The notes beneath the pieces were generated by a model. That model was not told the DNA's origin. It saw nothing but the letters and a program-made list of their open reading frames with translations, and made no database searches. A stretch of 64,000 nucleotides of DNA. Origin: a virus. The stretch lies in IMG/VR virus record IMGVR_UViG_3300031485_000046, one strand, 5' to 3'. Both the position numbers and the translations under genes were made by a program. Positions 46,710 through 56,262 of this stretch are shown here, one piece after another. Numbering within the stretch: the first letter of the stretch is position 1; the number at the start of each line of letters is the position of its first letter.

Positions 46710-47180
46710 TCAGACACCTGTACTTCCAAAACCACCCGCACCTCTATCAGTATCCGTGAGGGAATTTACATACTCATTAAGCGCATGAACTACTGGAACC
46801 ACAACAGCTTGGGCGATTCTGTCACCATGCTCAATAATAATGTCTGGATCAGTTATCCACCCCGCATGTTCAATCAATACCTTTATTTCACCGCGGTAAT
46901 CAGAATCAATAGTGCCTGGGGCGTTTGGAATCCTTAGTTTTGTAGTAAATGACAGTCCTGATCTTGGGCGTATTTGCATTTCACAGCCTTCAGGTATTTC
47001 TACTGCAAGTCCTGTGGGAATAGCTTTAATCTGCCCAGGTTTTACCGTTATATTCCCGTCAGGGTACAGGAAAGGATCTGCTAGACATGCTTTTAGATCC
47101 ATCCCGCTTGCTCCTACAGACATATACTTAGGTGAAGTAGCTGCAGGGTCAAGCAGTTTCCACTTCAGGATAACAGTCAT
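46710..47180 (-). CDS. dut: dUTP diphosphatase
   Basis: 156 aa; dUTPase motifs 'GASGMDL', 'GTIDSDYRGEI', 'RIAQ'. Confidence 0.9.
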   Translation of the reverse strand: MTVILKWKLLDPAATSPKYMSVGASGMDLKACLADPFLYPDGNITVKPGQIKAIPTGLAVEIPEGCEMQIRPRSGLSFTTKLRIPNAPGTIDSDYRGEIKVLIEHAGWITDPDIIIEHGDRIAQAVVVPVVHALNEYVNSLTDTDRGAGGFGSTGV

Positions 47181-47191
47181 TATACTCCTCC

Positions 47192-47842
47192 TTATCTAAT
47201 CTGGAATGTTTTTGTAAATCCGTTTCTACTTTTGCACCATCCTACTAGCCAATAACAAAATGGTGTATCACTCAATGCGATCAATATTTTAACAACCCAC
47301 TGGCTCATTATCATGGAAAATAAAACAGGCATGGGCATAATTCCATAAAATGCAATAACGATAAAGATTACCGTATCGAAAAACTGGCTAGATATGGTAC
47401 CTACGTTATTTCTAAGCCACAAATGTTTTCCATGTGTTAAATCCTTTAGCTTATGAAATACCCATACATCATTCAGCTGGCTGACAAGATAAGCAGTCAA
47501 TGAAGCTCCAGTAATCCTACCAACTCTTCCAAAGAGTTCTGTAAAGAATTCCTGCCTCTCATAGAAAGGAGCGGCGGGAAGCATAACAGCGATAAACCCT
47601 AGTGACATAGCAAGCAGACTACAAAAGAATCCTGCCCATACAACCCTTGTAACTACTTTCTTACCCCATACCTCTCCAATCACATCAGTCATAAGAAAAG
47701 TAATTGGGTATGCGATAACACCTGCTGGTAGAATGAAATCCCCAAACATAAACAGTTTTGTTGCCAATACGTTTGCAGTTACCAACGATGTCACAAATAC
47801 TGCAACCAGTGTGATGAATGTTCTTGGAATCTTGAGTTCCAT
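47192..47842 (-). CDS. yhhQ: queuosine-precursor transporter, YhhQ/DUF165 family
   Basis: 216 aa polytopic membrane protein; segments 'MTDVIGEVWG', 'ASLTAYLVSQLNDVWVFHKLKD', 'SQFFDTVIFIVIAF' align with E. coli YhhQ (from memory). Confidence 0.7.
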   Translation of the reverse strand: MELKIPRTFITLVAVFVTSLVTANVLATKLFMFGDFILPAGVIAYPITFLMTDVIGEVWGKKVVTRVVWAGFFCSLLAMSLGFIAVMLPAAPFYERQEFFTELFGRVGRITGASLTAYLVSQLNDVWVFHKLKDLTHGKHLWLRNNVGTISSQFFDTVIFIVIAFYGIMPMPVLFSMIMSQWVVKILIALSDTPFCYWLVGWCKSRNGFTKTFQIR

Positions 47843-47857
47843 GCTGATACTCCTCCC

Positions 47858-48466
47858 TTAGATTACGGTACTTCGTCTTTTTCTGTTCTGTATCTGAAAT
47901 ACTTTATCCGCCGATTCAATCAAAGCATCAGAATGGGTAATCATGATAATTTGTAATCCGAGTTTGTCTGATACCTGTTTTAGCATCTCACTTGCTTTAG
48001 GTAGCAATCCTTCAGAAAGATTCTTGAATGGTTCATCCAGTAACAGCACATTCCGAGTTTTTGGCCGTTGCATAGACCATGATGCAACCCTAAGCGCAAA
48101 ACTAGCTACATCTACTGCACCACCTCCAGACGCTGATAAAGGATCTATCACCTGCTTTCCTCGTTGAAACATCAGATCACATTCAGTCTTACCTCTCCTT
48201 TGCACAAATTCTACCAACATACTGTATGGATCATCAAATACAGAATCAAGTGCCATCGAAACCGTATCTGCTATATGGTACTGCAACGATTGTTGTGTTT
48301 TCAATCCTACTTCCTTTACTACCGCTATCGCTTGTTCGTGCTTTCTTATTTCTCGGTGTGTTTCTGCTAATCCTTGTTTGGCAGTTTCTAATGACTGTTC
48401 AAGCTGTTCTTTCTGCCCTTTCAATCGTTCAAGCTGGATTCGCAATTGCCTTATCTCATTTTTCAT
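47858..48466 (-). CDS. Rad50/SbcC-like ATPase, C-terminal half (signature, Walker B, H-loop)
   Basis: 202 aa; coiled-coil N-terminus; 'LSASGGG' signature-like, Walker B 'VLLLDEP', H-loop 'ITHSD'. Confidence 0.7.
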   Translation of the reverse strand: MKNEIRQLRIQLERLKGQKEQLEQSLETAKQGLAETHREIRKHEQAIAVVKEVGLKTQQSLQYHIADTVSMALDSVFDDPYSMLVEFVQRRGKTECDLMFQRGKQVIDPLSASGGGAVDVASFALRVASWSMQRPKTRNVLLLDEPFKNLSEGLLPKASEMLKQVSDKLGLQIIMITHSDALIESADKVFQIQNRKRRSTVI

Positions 48467-48734
48467 TGTCTGAATATGATTGCGCTATTTCTTCAAGAAG
48501 CGAATCCAGTTTAGAGGAAACAGTATCCAAATTACTCTGGATTTTTGCAAGAGTTTTTTCCGCTTCTTCTAAATCCTTACAACCCCATTTTTCCGCTAGT
48601 TCTTTCAACATATAGTCTTTCTTGCCTTTTAATTCAGCTATTTTTGCTTTACCGTCTTCAATCTTCTTCTTTAGTACAAATAGTTCCTTTTCTGTCAGTT
48701 TAGAGGAGCGAATTGCCATCTTTATCACATCCAT
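48456..48734 (-). CDS. coiled-coil protein, probable part of split Rad50 C-terminal half
   Basis: 92 aa heptad-rich ORF overlapping the downstream ATPase ORF by 11 nt in a different frame. Confidence 0.45.
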   Translation of the reverse strand: MDVIKMAIRSSKLTEKELFVLKKKIEDGKAKIAELKGKKDYMLKELAEKWGCKDLEEAEKTLAKIQSNLDTVSSKLDSLLEEIAQSYSDNEK

Positions 48735-49023
48735 TCATATAGTTTTGGTACCGCCTACAATGGTCCTTTTTAACACAAGTATGGAAGCATATTTGAGCCG
48801 CAACCATACATTCTCTTGCAGTACACCACAAGAATTCTGTTTCATGCAAAGCAGCCAATTCCTCGAATCGTTTCATTCTGTTTCTGCTCAATACTTTAGG
48901 TTTTTCCCCGAATACCCACTGTCGAATCATAGGAGGATTAATTGTGCCGTTTACGGGAACTTCAACAATTCCTTTAGGTTTTTTTAGGAATTTACGAGTT
49001 TTCTTCTTAGCATACTTTTTCAT
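48700..49023 (-). CDS. hypothetical basic Cys-rich protein
   Basis: 107 aa; Lys-rich N-terminus and scattered Cys/His. Confidence 0.45.
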   Translation of the reverse strand: MKKYAKKKTRKFLKKPKGIVEVPVNGTINPPMIRQWVFGEKPKVLSRNRMKRFEELAALHETEFLWCTARECMVAAQICFHTCVKKDHCRRYQNYMNGCDKDGNSLL

Positions 49024-49922
49024 AGCACTTCACCATCCATCGCTTTATGGATAAGTGATATAACTGATTTTCTTAGTTTATTGGTTGAAAGAAATTCCCT
49101 TAGATTGTCTTCGAATGACAATGACACATTCCAGTCCTCCTTCAGGCGTGATATAAATGCTTCCATCCGCATATCTCTTTCTGCCTTTACCTCAAGATGT
49201 TCCTTTGTAATCACATCTGTCTTTATTGGTAGATATTCTGCGGTTACACTATTTGTTTCAGCAAACCATAAATATACCCTAGGTTTGTGTTCCGCCTGAT
49301 CCGCAGTTTGTCTTGTGATAGATCCAGGATTTACTAGCAATCTATCTTTATATTTTACCACAAAAGGTGTATGGTTGTCACCTGTCAATATTAATTTATA
49401 CTTAGAAAATTTTCTAAGTATTTGCTCCGCAGTAGGATCTGTACATCCTAGCCATGGTTTATTGCCTGTATATGTAAACTTGTGCCATACAGCAACATTT
49501 TCAAATGCACTACCTGCTAGTAGTTCTGAAATAGCCTCATTGGGTTTTTCTTCCCCCCAATGCCCATTTCTTAAAACTGTAATGTTATGTGCTGTACTTA
49601 AAGTATACATCCCAGACCGTTGTGCAAGTTCCATATTATGTTGTGGCAAATCGTGATTCCCGTATACCGTTAAAAAAGCAGGACCATTTTTGAATTCAGA
49701 AAACTGGTTGAAAAATGATATTGATGCAGAGAGTAAATAGGGTGATGTTTTCCATGTATGGAATAAATCTCCAGCATGGATAACAGGGCAACCATACTTT
49801 CTTTGCAATTCCATAATATAGTTCGCTTTTATCCATTGGGATTCCCAAAAATTATCAGTACGGCAGATTGGTTGTGTGTCTCTCAAATGCCAATCTGCCG
49901 TAAGAATTGCCGTAGGTTTCAT
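49020..49922 (-). CDS. sbcD: Mre11/SbcD-like nuclease (calcineurin-like phosphoesterase)
   Basis: 300 aa; metallophosphatase motifs 'DWHL', 'GDLFH', 'GNHD', 'GDNH'. Confidence 0.8.
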   Translation of the reverse strand: MKPTAILTADWHLRDTQPICRTDNFWESQWIKANYIMELQRKYGCPVIHAGDLFHTWKTSPYLLSASISFFNQFSEFKNGPAFLTVYGNHDLPQHNMELAQRSGMYTLSTAHNITVLRNGHWGEEKPNEAISELLAGSAFENVAVWHKFTYTGNKPWLGCTDPTAEQILRKFSKYKLILTGDNHTPFVVKYKDRLLVNPGSITRQTADQAEHKPRVYLWFAETNSVTAEYLPIKTDVITKEHLEVKAERDMRMEAFISRLKEDWNVSLSFEDNLREFLSTNKLRKSVISLIHKAMDGEVL

Positions 49923-50971
49923 TTCTTACCTCCTTTTTTACTGCCGCATAAAGGACAAGTATCTGGAAATAGCGCATCAAACTTTTCCTGAAGTTTATTA
50001 GTTTCTTGCACTATATTATACATATCCTCGTCATTTTCCTTTATGTTTGTGAAAAGAAGGTATACATCTTTTTTATTATCGTAAAGTGTTCTTAGGTTTT
50101 GAAACAATTCAATAGCATTGTCTACTTGCGTTTCCTTAATAGGAAATGCTTCAAGTTTTTTTAATGCTTGTGATACTGCTTTTATTTCTGAAACAATGTC
50201 TGAAGCTCGAAGGAAAGTGTGTTCCAGTTGCGTTTTTTCTTCACGCAAAGTAAAATACTCCGTTACTTTTTTATCTATAGCAAAAAGAGGTTCAAATTCT
50301 TCCATTTGTAAATCAACCTCTTCTATGACATCAATAATCCTACTCAATTCCATCAGGTCTTTGTCAAGTTTCTCTATCCTATTTTGAAGTTTCTCCGCAC
50401 GGATAATTTTCTTTTCCATTTCAGAAATATGATTAAACTTAATAAGGGAATTTTCATATTCCTCTATTTTGCTTTCGTATACCCGTACATCCTGATTTAA
50501 TTGCCTTTGCCACGATGCAAGTGTTTTCATTGTAGCATCAATAATGTCTAGGTGTGCGATCCTATTAAAATGAGCCGCTACCTCACCTGCACTAGAATCA
50601 AGTAAAAAGGGTCGGTCAAACTGCTGTTGCAGATTTACCTCGTCAATATTAAGGATTCGCACAACATCATCGGGAACATCTGTTTTGATAGCAGTCAGCT
50701 TGCTACCGTTTATTGTGTACCCATGTCCGCTATCATGTTTCCAACGGGTAATCTCGTTATCAGGTACTTGAATAGTAACAGAAGTATCTCCGCCCCAGTC
50801 AGAACGAAAAGCATCTCCTAAGGGTCTATTCCAAATAACCCATCGTAATGCTCTTAGGATAGCAGTCTTGCCAGAGTCTGAGGGGCCAATGATAGCATTG
50901 ACCCCTGCTTCAAACTCGAATTGGCTTTTCGTATGTGACTGGAAATTTCTTAGCTCCACTCGCTCAATCAT
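49919..50971 (-). CDS. Rad50/SbcC-like ATPase, N-terminal half (Walker A, coiled coil, CxxC zinc hook)
   Basis: 350 aa; Walker A 'GPSDSGKT'; long coiled coil; ends with 'CPLCGSKK' hook-like CxxC. Confidence 0.75.
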   Translation of the reverse strand: MIERVELRNFQSHTKSQFEFEAGVNAIIGPSDSGKTAILRALRWVIWNRPLGDAFRSDWGGDTSVTIQVPDNEITRWKHDSGHGYTINGSKLTAIKTDVPDDVVRILNIDEVNLQQQFDRPFLLDSSAGEVAAHFNRIAHLDIIDATMKTLASWQRQLNQDVRVYESKIEEYENSLIKFNHISEMEKKIIRAEKLQNRIEKLDKDLMELSRIIDVIEEVDLQMEEFEPLFAIDKKVTEYFTLREEKTQLEHTFLRASDIVSEIKAVSQALKKLEAFPIKETQVDNAIELFQNLRTLYDNKKDVYLLFTNIKENDEDMYNIVQETNKLQEKFDALFPDTCPLCGSKKGGKK

Positions 50972-50973
50972 AA

Positions 50974-51342
50974 TTATTTACCTTTGTTTTTCTGCAAAAG
51001 CTGAAAGAATACTTTTGCATCCATAATTACGATAGGATCTTTTCGACTTTTTTTCGCAAACAGCAACCATTCTGTTCCTGGAATGGTATTGGTTTGCGCT
51101 TGCTCTATCCAAGATGGGATAGACCAATTTTCCTGTGCTTTACACTCAACAGAGTATGGAAATTCTTTCAGCACTTTTGCTTCCATGCGAACATCTACGC
51201 CATTCTGCCCCATACCTCTAGATTCGATAGGGCAATCGTGGCCCCATTCATACCCAGTTAGATTCGATATTTGTTCACAAACCCATTTCTGTAGCCTGCG
51301 ACCTTTATCCTTAGCAGATGCAACAGATATCCGTTTTTTCAT
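50974..51342 (-). CDS. putative PD-(D/E)xK nuclease (possible Holliday junction resolvase)
   Basis: 122 aa; 'GVDVRM...VECKAQE' resembles D...ExK; located beside RecA-like gene. Confidence 0.4.
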   Translation of the reverse strand: MKKRISVASAKDKGRRLQKWVCEQISNLTGYEWGHDCPIESRGMGQNGVDVRMEAKVLKEFPYSVECKAQENWSIPSWIEQAQTNTIPGTEWLLFAKKSRKDPIVIMDAKVFFQLLQKNKGK

Positions 51343-52403
51343 ACCAATACCCTGCGTTTCCTATTGGAATCGAATTGTGATTCAACTTCTTCCCATAAAT
51401 CAATTACAGCATCTTCCAATTTCTTTTCAAGCCCGTCTTCTTCAATCATCCGAATAGATTCTTCTAATGATTTGCCTAGTTTCGTATCTCCAAGCGCATA
51501 AACAGTATTACCGCTCATCTTCTTCAGGTATTGCAGATTCTCTCGAATATTATCAATACCATAATCAAAGATTATAGTTAAAGGAGCAGAACGATACGGC
51601 TTCCATACAGAATTCTTGTATACTTCCACTTCTGTAGTTACGCCAATTACTCGTTCCACTTCCTTTTTGTTGATAGTTTTTACAACCTTTATCTTTTTAG
51701 GACTACTGAATTTCAGTCGAGTGGATGCATAAAATCCAATTGCAAATCCACCTGCGGCAGAAGTTTTTTCAGCATAAGGAGAAGAATCTCCTGAACTCCT
51801 TACCTGATTAGAACAGACCACAAGAAACTTCTTTTCCGTAATGACACGGCAGGTTTTTCGTAGCTGTTCCGAAAACTCCTTTGCCCTTCTCATTCCCATT
51901 TTGTCGCCTTCTTTTCCCTCTAATTCAAGGTTGGTAGAAAGAGCGGCTAGAGAATCCACAAATACTCCGTGCAAATTTCCTTCAGGTTCTGGTGCCCATT
52001 TACGAATAGGTTCAAACACTTCAGGTACAGTATCAGGGTGGTCTATCTCCATTTCCTCTACATCAAGATCGAACATCGTAGCAAATTGCCTATTCAACCT
52101 TGCTTCGGGATCACGAAAGAAAATAGAACCACCCTGCCTTTGTATTGCACCTGCTATCTGACATAACACAACTGTCTTACCACTGCCTGATGGGCCAAAT
52201 GCTTCTACGAGCACTCCACCCGGCAACCCACCACCTCTTACCCTTCCACCTGATATAGCAAGGTCAAGCAACGTAGAACCCGTAGATACTTTGTGCGTAA
52301 AATCACCATCATACTCCTTTTTCTTTGCAGGTGGTTCACTCATTCTTTGCTTTATCTGGGTAGTTAATTTACTTGGCGTCAGCTTTTTCTTTCTTACCAC
52401 CAT
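51339..52403 (-). CDS. RecA/UvsX-family recombinase
   Basis: 354 aa; 'VSTGSTLLDLAISGG..GGLPGGVLVEAFGPSGSGKT' matches RecA N-terminal/Walker A region. Confidence 0.75.
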   Translation of the reverse strand: MVVRKKKLTPSKLTTQIKQRMSEPPAKKKEYDGDFTHKVSTGSTLLDLAISGGRVRGGGLPGGVLVEAFGPSGSGKTVVLCQIAGAIQRQGGSIFFRDPEARLNRQFATMFDLDVEEMEIDHPDTVPEVFEPIRKWAPEPEGNLHGVFVDSLAALSTNLELEGKEGDKMGMRRAKEFSEQLRKTCRVITEKKFLVVCSNQVRSSGDSSPYAEKTSAAGGFAIGFYASTRLKFSSPKKIKVVKTINKKEVERVIGVTTEVEVYKNSVWKPYRSAPLTIIFDYGIDNIRENLQYLKKMSGNTVYALGDTKLGKSLEESIRMIEEDGLEKKLEDAVIDLWEEVESQFDSNRKRRVLV

Positions 52404-52779
52404 TCTCTATCTCCTCCATGCGTTTGATGATAGCTTCAATCTGGTCTACTGTAAGTTTCTTTTTATTCAGTAGACCACTGGCAGTAATCTTATACCGATC
52501 CATTGGTATATTATCAGCCTTAAGGAGTAAGAGCCGTTTTGCAATATCATTCACCATTGTAGGCGTTGAAGGAGCTTCCTTGCTTAGTTCCTTCTCCACT
52601 AAATCACATATAACATGTGATCTGGACAGACCTTTGTACACCGTATATAGGCTAAACTTGTCGGCAAGGGCAGGGGGAAGATACCCCCCTGCCATCTTGT
52701 TCCGATCAAGAAGAGCCTTAGGCTTTTTTTCTACAGGAGCAATCACTTCAGCCTTTTTCTTCTTAATCGTCTTCGCCAT
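52369..52779 (-). CDS. hypothetical Lys-rich protein
   Basis: 136 aa, basic termini. Confidence 0.5.
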   Translation of the reverse strand: MAKTIKKKKAEVIAPVEKKPKALLDRNKMAGGYLPPALADKFSLYTVYKGLSRSHVICDLVEKELSKEAPSTPTMVNDIAKRLLLLKADNIPMDRYKITASGLLNKKKLTVDQIEAIIKRMEEIENGGKKEKADAK

Positions 52780-52781
52780 AA

Positions 52782-54056
52782 TTAATCCTCCTTAGCATCC
52801 ATACAATCGTCCCATTTCGCACAATCATCACATTCATCATATTCTTCACAATCTTTTCCGAATACATGACCGTGCGGACACTTGTTCTTTCCAGCTTTCT
52901 TATTTACCTTTTCTTCTTTCTTTCCCTTTTTAGCAGGTTCTTCTTTCAGTTTCTTTCTACCAGTACCATCACAGGGATTGCATACGCCCCCTCTAGAATT
53001 CTTACCAGTACCCTTGCAAGCCACACATTTTTCCTTTTCCGGAATATCTTCCTCTTCTTCCTCTTCTTCTACTTCATCATCATCTTCATCATCGTCCGTA
53101 TCCTCTTCATCCTCCTCTTCTTCATCTTCGTCATCCGTATCTTCATCCTCATCTTCGTCAGAGATGTCGTCCTCGTCCTCGTCATCCTCGTCAGAAGAAT
53201 CATCAGCATCGTCTTCATCCTCTTCGTCAGGATCAGCCTCTTTCTTTTTCTTGGATTTCATCATACTACGGACAGAAGTTCCATCTTCTTCTTCGTCATC
53301 CTCAGTTTCATACTCAAAGAATTTAGCTTCCAGCTCATTATACGTAAGCACCTGAAGAATCTCATCCAGATTAGGAACATCTTTCAGATCCTTTTCCTTA
53401 TATGGCTTTTCACGTTCTTCAAAATCAATTCTGGAGGTAGCGGCGTACTTATTCTTACCAAACTGTTCCTCGCTGAAACGAATCTTGAGAGTAAGCCCTT
53501 CATCAGGATCAGGGAATACAGCATTCGTATCATCTTCTTCAAGTTCCTCATTCAGCTTATCCTGAAAAAGATACTGCGAAATATCCCAAATATGAGGTTT
53601 CTTTTCGTGATCCTTTGAATTCAGAGGCACCACTACGTACAAGTTCCGAAGAGAAGGCTTGAGTGCCTTCAGTTCATCGTCTTCCGCATCTCCATCTTTC
53701 ACTCGCTTAGCTCGATGTTCGCAGATAGGACATTTCTTACCGAAAGTTGTGAGGCAGACAAAGGTTTCCTTATTTGCCCCTATTCCGCGATGTACTTTAT
53801 ACGGCTTCTTATACCACTGCTCTCCAACAGTAGCAATACCAAGATCCACATTCTTATCCATATGCTTTGGGTCTGTAACAGTATATGGAAGAATGTCGAG
53901 TGATACTCTAGAACCCGGCTCTTCTTTGAATACTCGAATATTTTTAGGCAGATTCAGATATCCGTATTTAGAACCTTGTGCTTTCTGCTGTTTCACATTA
54001 CCAGCAACTGCCGCCCTGAATTTGCTGTTACTGCCCTTTTTTCCAAGTTTAGCCAT
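52782..54056 (-). CDS. putative gp32-like ssDNA-binding protein with long poly-acidic tract and C-terminal DnaJ-type CxxCxGxG zinc finger
   Basis: 424 aa; His/Cys spacing 'VHRG..FVCLTTFGKKCPICE' resembles T4 gp32 zinc site; ~100-residue D/E tract; 'CVACKGTG','CNPCDGTG'. Confidence 0.45.
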   Translation of the reverse strand: MAKLGKKGSNSKFRAAVAGNVKQQKAQGSKYGYLNLPKNIRVFKEEPGSRVSLDILPYTVTDPKHMDKNVDLGIATVGEQWYKKPYKVHRGIGANKETFVCLTTFGKKCPICEHRAKRVKDGDAEDDELKALKPSLRNLYVVVPLNSKDHEKKPHIWDISQYLFQDKLNEELEEDDTNAVFPDPDEGLTLKIRFSEEQFGKNKYAATSRIDFEEREKPYKEKDLKDVPNLDEILQVLTYNELEAKFFEYETEDDEEEDGTSVRSMMKSKKKKEADPDEEDEDDADDSSDEDDEDEDDISDEDEDEDTDDEDEEEEDEEDTDDDEDDDEVEEEEEEEDIPEKEKCVACKGTGKNSRGGVCNPCDGTGRKKLKEEPAKKGKKEEKVNKKAGKNKCPHGHVFGKDCEEYDECDDCAKWDDCMDAKED

Positions 54057-54058
54057 AT

Positions 54059-54211
54059 TTACTTTTCCTCCTTATGATTTATAATGTGAATTGGCCCTTC
54101 ACAATCAGGATCCACACATTCTTTACAACCGATAGTTCGTCTTGCCTGCGTAATATGCTCACAATGCACACAACCCTCTTCAGGGTAGTTTCTGCACTGG
54201 AACCAAGGCAT
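54059..54211 (-). CDS. small zinc-ribbon protein (50 aa)
   Basis: Own translation MPWFQCRNYPEEGCVHCEHITQARRTIGCKECVDPDCEGPIHIINHKEEK; strong SD GAGGAGG 7 nt upstream; below track cutoff. Confidence 0.4.
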   Translation of the reverse strand: MPWFQCRNYPEEGCVHCEHITQARRTIGCKECVDPDCEGPIHIINHKEEK

Positions 54212-54375
54212 GTTTTATTCCTCCTCTTCTTCTTCGTTCTCTCCTGCTTTCTTTTTAAGAAAATCATCAAATGCATTTAGCCATGCAGTCATTTGAAGCC
54301 TGCTGAAAAGATATACAAAGAATGGTATGATAAATGCACAAAGGACGCTGATAATAAGGATTTGGGTAAATGACA

Positions 54376-54870
54376 CTATGATTTCCTCGCTTTCTTTTTC
54401 TTCACCATAGAAGCGGCAACGGTTTCATTCACTTTCTCATTTTTCCGCGTCCTCTCTTCTGAAAGATTTCTAGGAATAGACGGCCCTGCAAAATACTGCA
54501 TACCATGTAGCTTGATTAACCCATCAAGTGTATCTTTTCTGGAAGCGATCGCATCGAATGCTGATTTAGCCATACCGTACCTATACTGTGCTTCGATTAC
54601 TTCCTCCGCGGCTTTCTTGTAAGAATCTTGAAGGATGATTGTATCTGCTACAAGATTCTCGGTTATCTTGCCCAAACCAAATGCATCAGGATCTGCTCGT
54701 ATCTCTTTACTCAACTCAGCCTTAACAGCGTCAAACTGTTCCTTCATATAGTCAAGTTCCTTCCTAGCTTCACTTACTACATCTCCGTATTTCTTCATCA
54801 GGATCGGCTGTTCAAGCAATTCTACATCAAGGGCAGTTTCGTCAATGTTTACATCAAGATTGTACTCCAT
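54376..54870 (-). CDS. hypothetical protein
   Basis: 164 aa, coiled/acidic. Confidence 0.55.
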   Translation of the reverse strand: MEYNLDVNIDETALDVELLEQPILMKKYGDVVSEARKELDYMKEQFDAVKAELSKEIRADPDAFGLGKITENLVADTIILQDSYKKAAEEVIEAQYRYGMAKSAFDAIASRKDTLDGLIKLHGMQYFAGPSIPRNLSEERTRKNEKVNETVAASMVKKKKARKS

Positions 54871-54941
54871 TATAATTCTCCTTTCTTAATTTATTTTCGT
54901 TGCTACACTATATAATACAACCTGCTTTTATCCTATTTAGA

Positions 54942-55856
54942 TCAATTTTCTCCGCAAACAATAGAAAAACATGCAAACGTAAGTCCTGGAAATCCCGTAT
55001 TGTAGAACGGTTCTATGAACTGTTCCATAACTAGCCCTGCTTGCATGTTCTCTCCCTTAAGGAGAATCGTGTTGCAGTAGCTAAGAACCAGCCTGCGAAT
55101 TGACTCAGGATCTTGGTCTTTCAACTTAGTAAGAATTCCTGCCACTTTCTTCCAAGGTGCTTTTTGCATAAGAACACGGCATAATTCAATAGCATCTGAT
55201 TGTACCTCAGCCGCTCTCTTTGCAACTTCTATCCGCATTTCAGCGGGCACACCAAGCACCTGATCCAATATCTGCAACGCATTTCTTGGATGACCCTGAC
55301 TATCCATAATAATCTGTTCATACACTTCTTTAGTCAATTTATGTCCTTCTGTTTTTACAACAGAACGAAGCAAGGTCATCATTTCTGAATCTGTTAACTG
55401 TTTCACCTGATACTGTGAACATCTTCCTTTTATCGTAGCAATCAATTTCTGTGGATCTGTCGTAGCCAATATATAGTAAACATGTGGTGGTGTATCTTCC
55501 AACGCTTTTAGTAGTGCGGACTGGGCATCATTGGTTAGTCGATGAACTTCATCCAGTAACCACACTCTACATTTACCTGATAAAGGTTTATACTGCGATT
55601 GCCTGCGTATTTCCCTTACAGTTTCAATGCCTCGAAAATCAGCACTATCCACTTCCTTAAAATCATCTTCTGAACAACCAAGTTCCGTAGCGATGATTCT
55701 ACCAAGGGTAGTCTTACCACAACCGGTAGGGCCGTGCAGAAGATATGCATGAGGATGATCTTCTTTAGCCAGATCCGATTTGAGTGCCGCTACCACTTCT
55801 ACGTTGCCAACAACCTCGTCAAAAGTAGCTGGACGATATTTATGATAAAGGGACAT
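54942..55856 (-). CDS. clamp loader ATPase (DNA polymerase III gamma/tau / RFC-like)
   Basis: 304 aa; 'YRP..F.EVVGN', Walker A 'GPTGCGKTT', Walker B 'VWLLDEVH', sensor 'TT', 'GRC' box. Confidence 0.8.
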   Translation of the reverse strand: MSLYHKYRPATFDEVVGNVEVVAALKSDLAKEDHPHAYLLHGPTGCGKTTLGRIIATELGCSEDDFKEVDSADFRGIETVREIRRQSQYKPLSGKCRVWLLDEVHRLTNDAQSALLKALEDTPPHVYYILATTDPQKLIATIKGRCSQYQVKQLTDSEMMTLLRSVVKTEGHKLTKEVYEQIIMDSQGHPRNALQILDQVLGVPAEMRIEVAKRAAEVQSDAIELCRVLMQKAPWKKVAGILTKLKDQDPESIRRLVLSYCNTILLKGENMQAGLVMEQFIEPFYNTGFPGLTFACFSIVCGEN

Positions 55857-55861
55857 AGTAA

Positions 55862-56068
55862 TTACTCCCTAAACGGAATACACATTTGTCCTTTTGCAGG
55901 TGCACCAGATAGAGATACATTCGTACACATTCCGAGTACCTGTTTCATATCATCCACAGCACATTCCTCGATCATTCCCACAATTTCTCCATCACGAATT
56001 CTAACCAGAAGATAATTGAACCCAATCTCGCTGAACTTACTAGGATACGCCACTATTGTGAATTTCAT
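55862..56068 (-). CDS. hypothetical small protein
   Basis: 68 aa between polymerase and clamp loader. Confidence 0.45.
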   Translation of the reverse strand: MKFTIVAYPSKFSEIGFNYLLVRIRDGEIVGMIEECAVDDMKQVLGMCTNVSLSGAPAKGQMCIPFRE

Positions 56069-56250
56069 AATTTACCCTCCTTCTCAATGCATTCAGTACA
56101 CCTGACAGGTTTTCTGTTATGGCAGAACAACCTGATCCCATACATCAGACAACCGTAGCATGTGTCCATATAATCATACGTAGTTGTGTCAAGGTACTCA
56201 CATGATTCACAATACTTGTTCTTAGGCTTTGCTACTTTTATAATTGCCAA
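56065..56250 (-). CDS. small Cys-rich zinc-finger protein
   Basis: 61 aa; 'CESCEY...CYGC...C..C' Cys pattern. Confidence 0.45.
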   Translation of the reverse strand: MAIIKVAKPKNKYCESCEYLDTTTYDYMDTCYGCLMYGIRLFCHNRKPVRCTECIEKEGKL

Positions 56251-56262
56251 TCCTACCCCTCC

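Noticed and set aside
52866-53618. Plus-strand ORFs 52866..53618 and 52882..53355 (poly-Ser/Phe-rich)
   Set aside because: They are the reverse-complement reading of the GAN-codon acidic tract of the SSB-like gene; pure antisense artefact.
54079-54276. Track ORF 54079..54276 (-) as the gene in this interval
   Set aside because: Its translation is low-complexity Lys/Arg-rich with no RBS; the alternative frame 54059..54211 gives a Cys-rich zinc-ribbon protein with a strong SD and is preferred.
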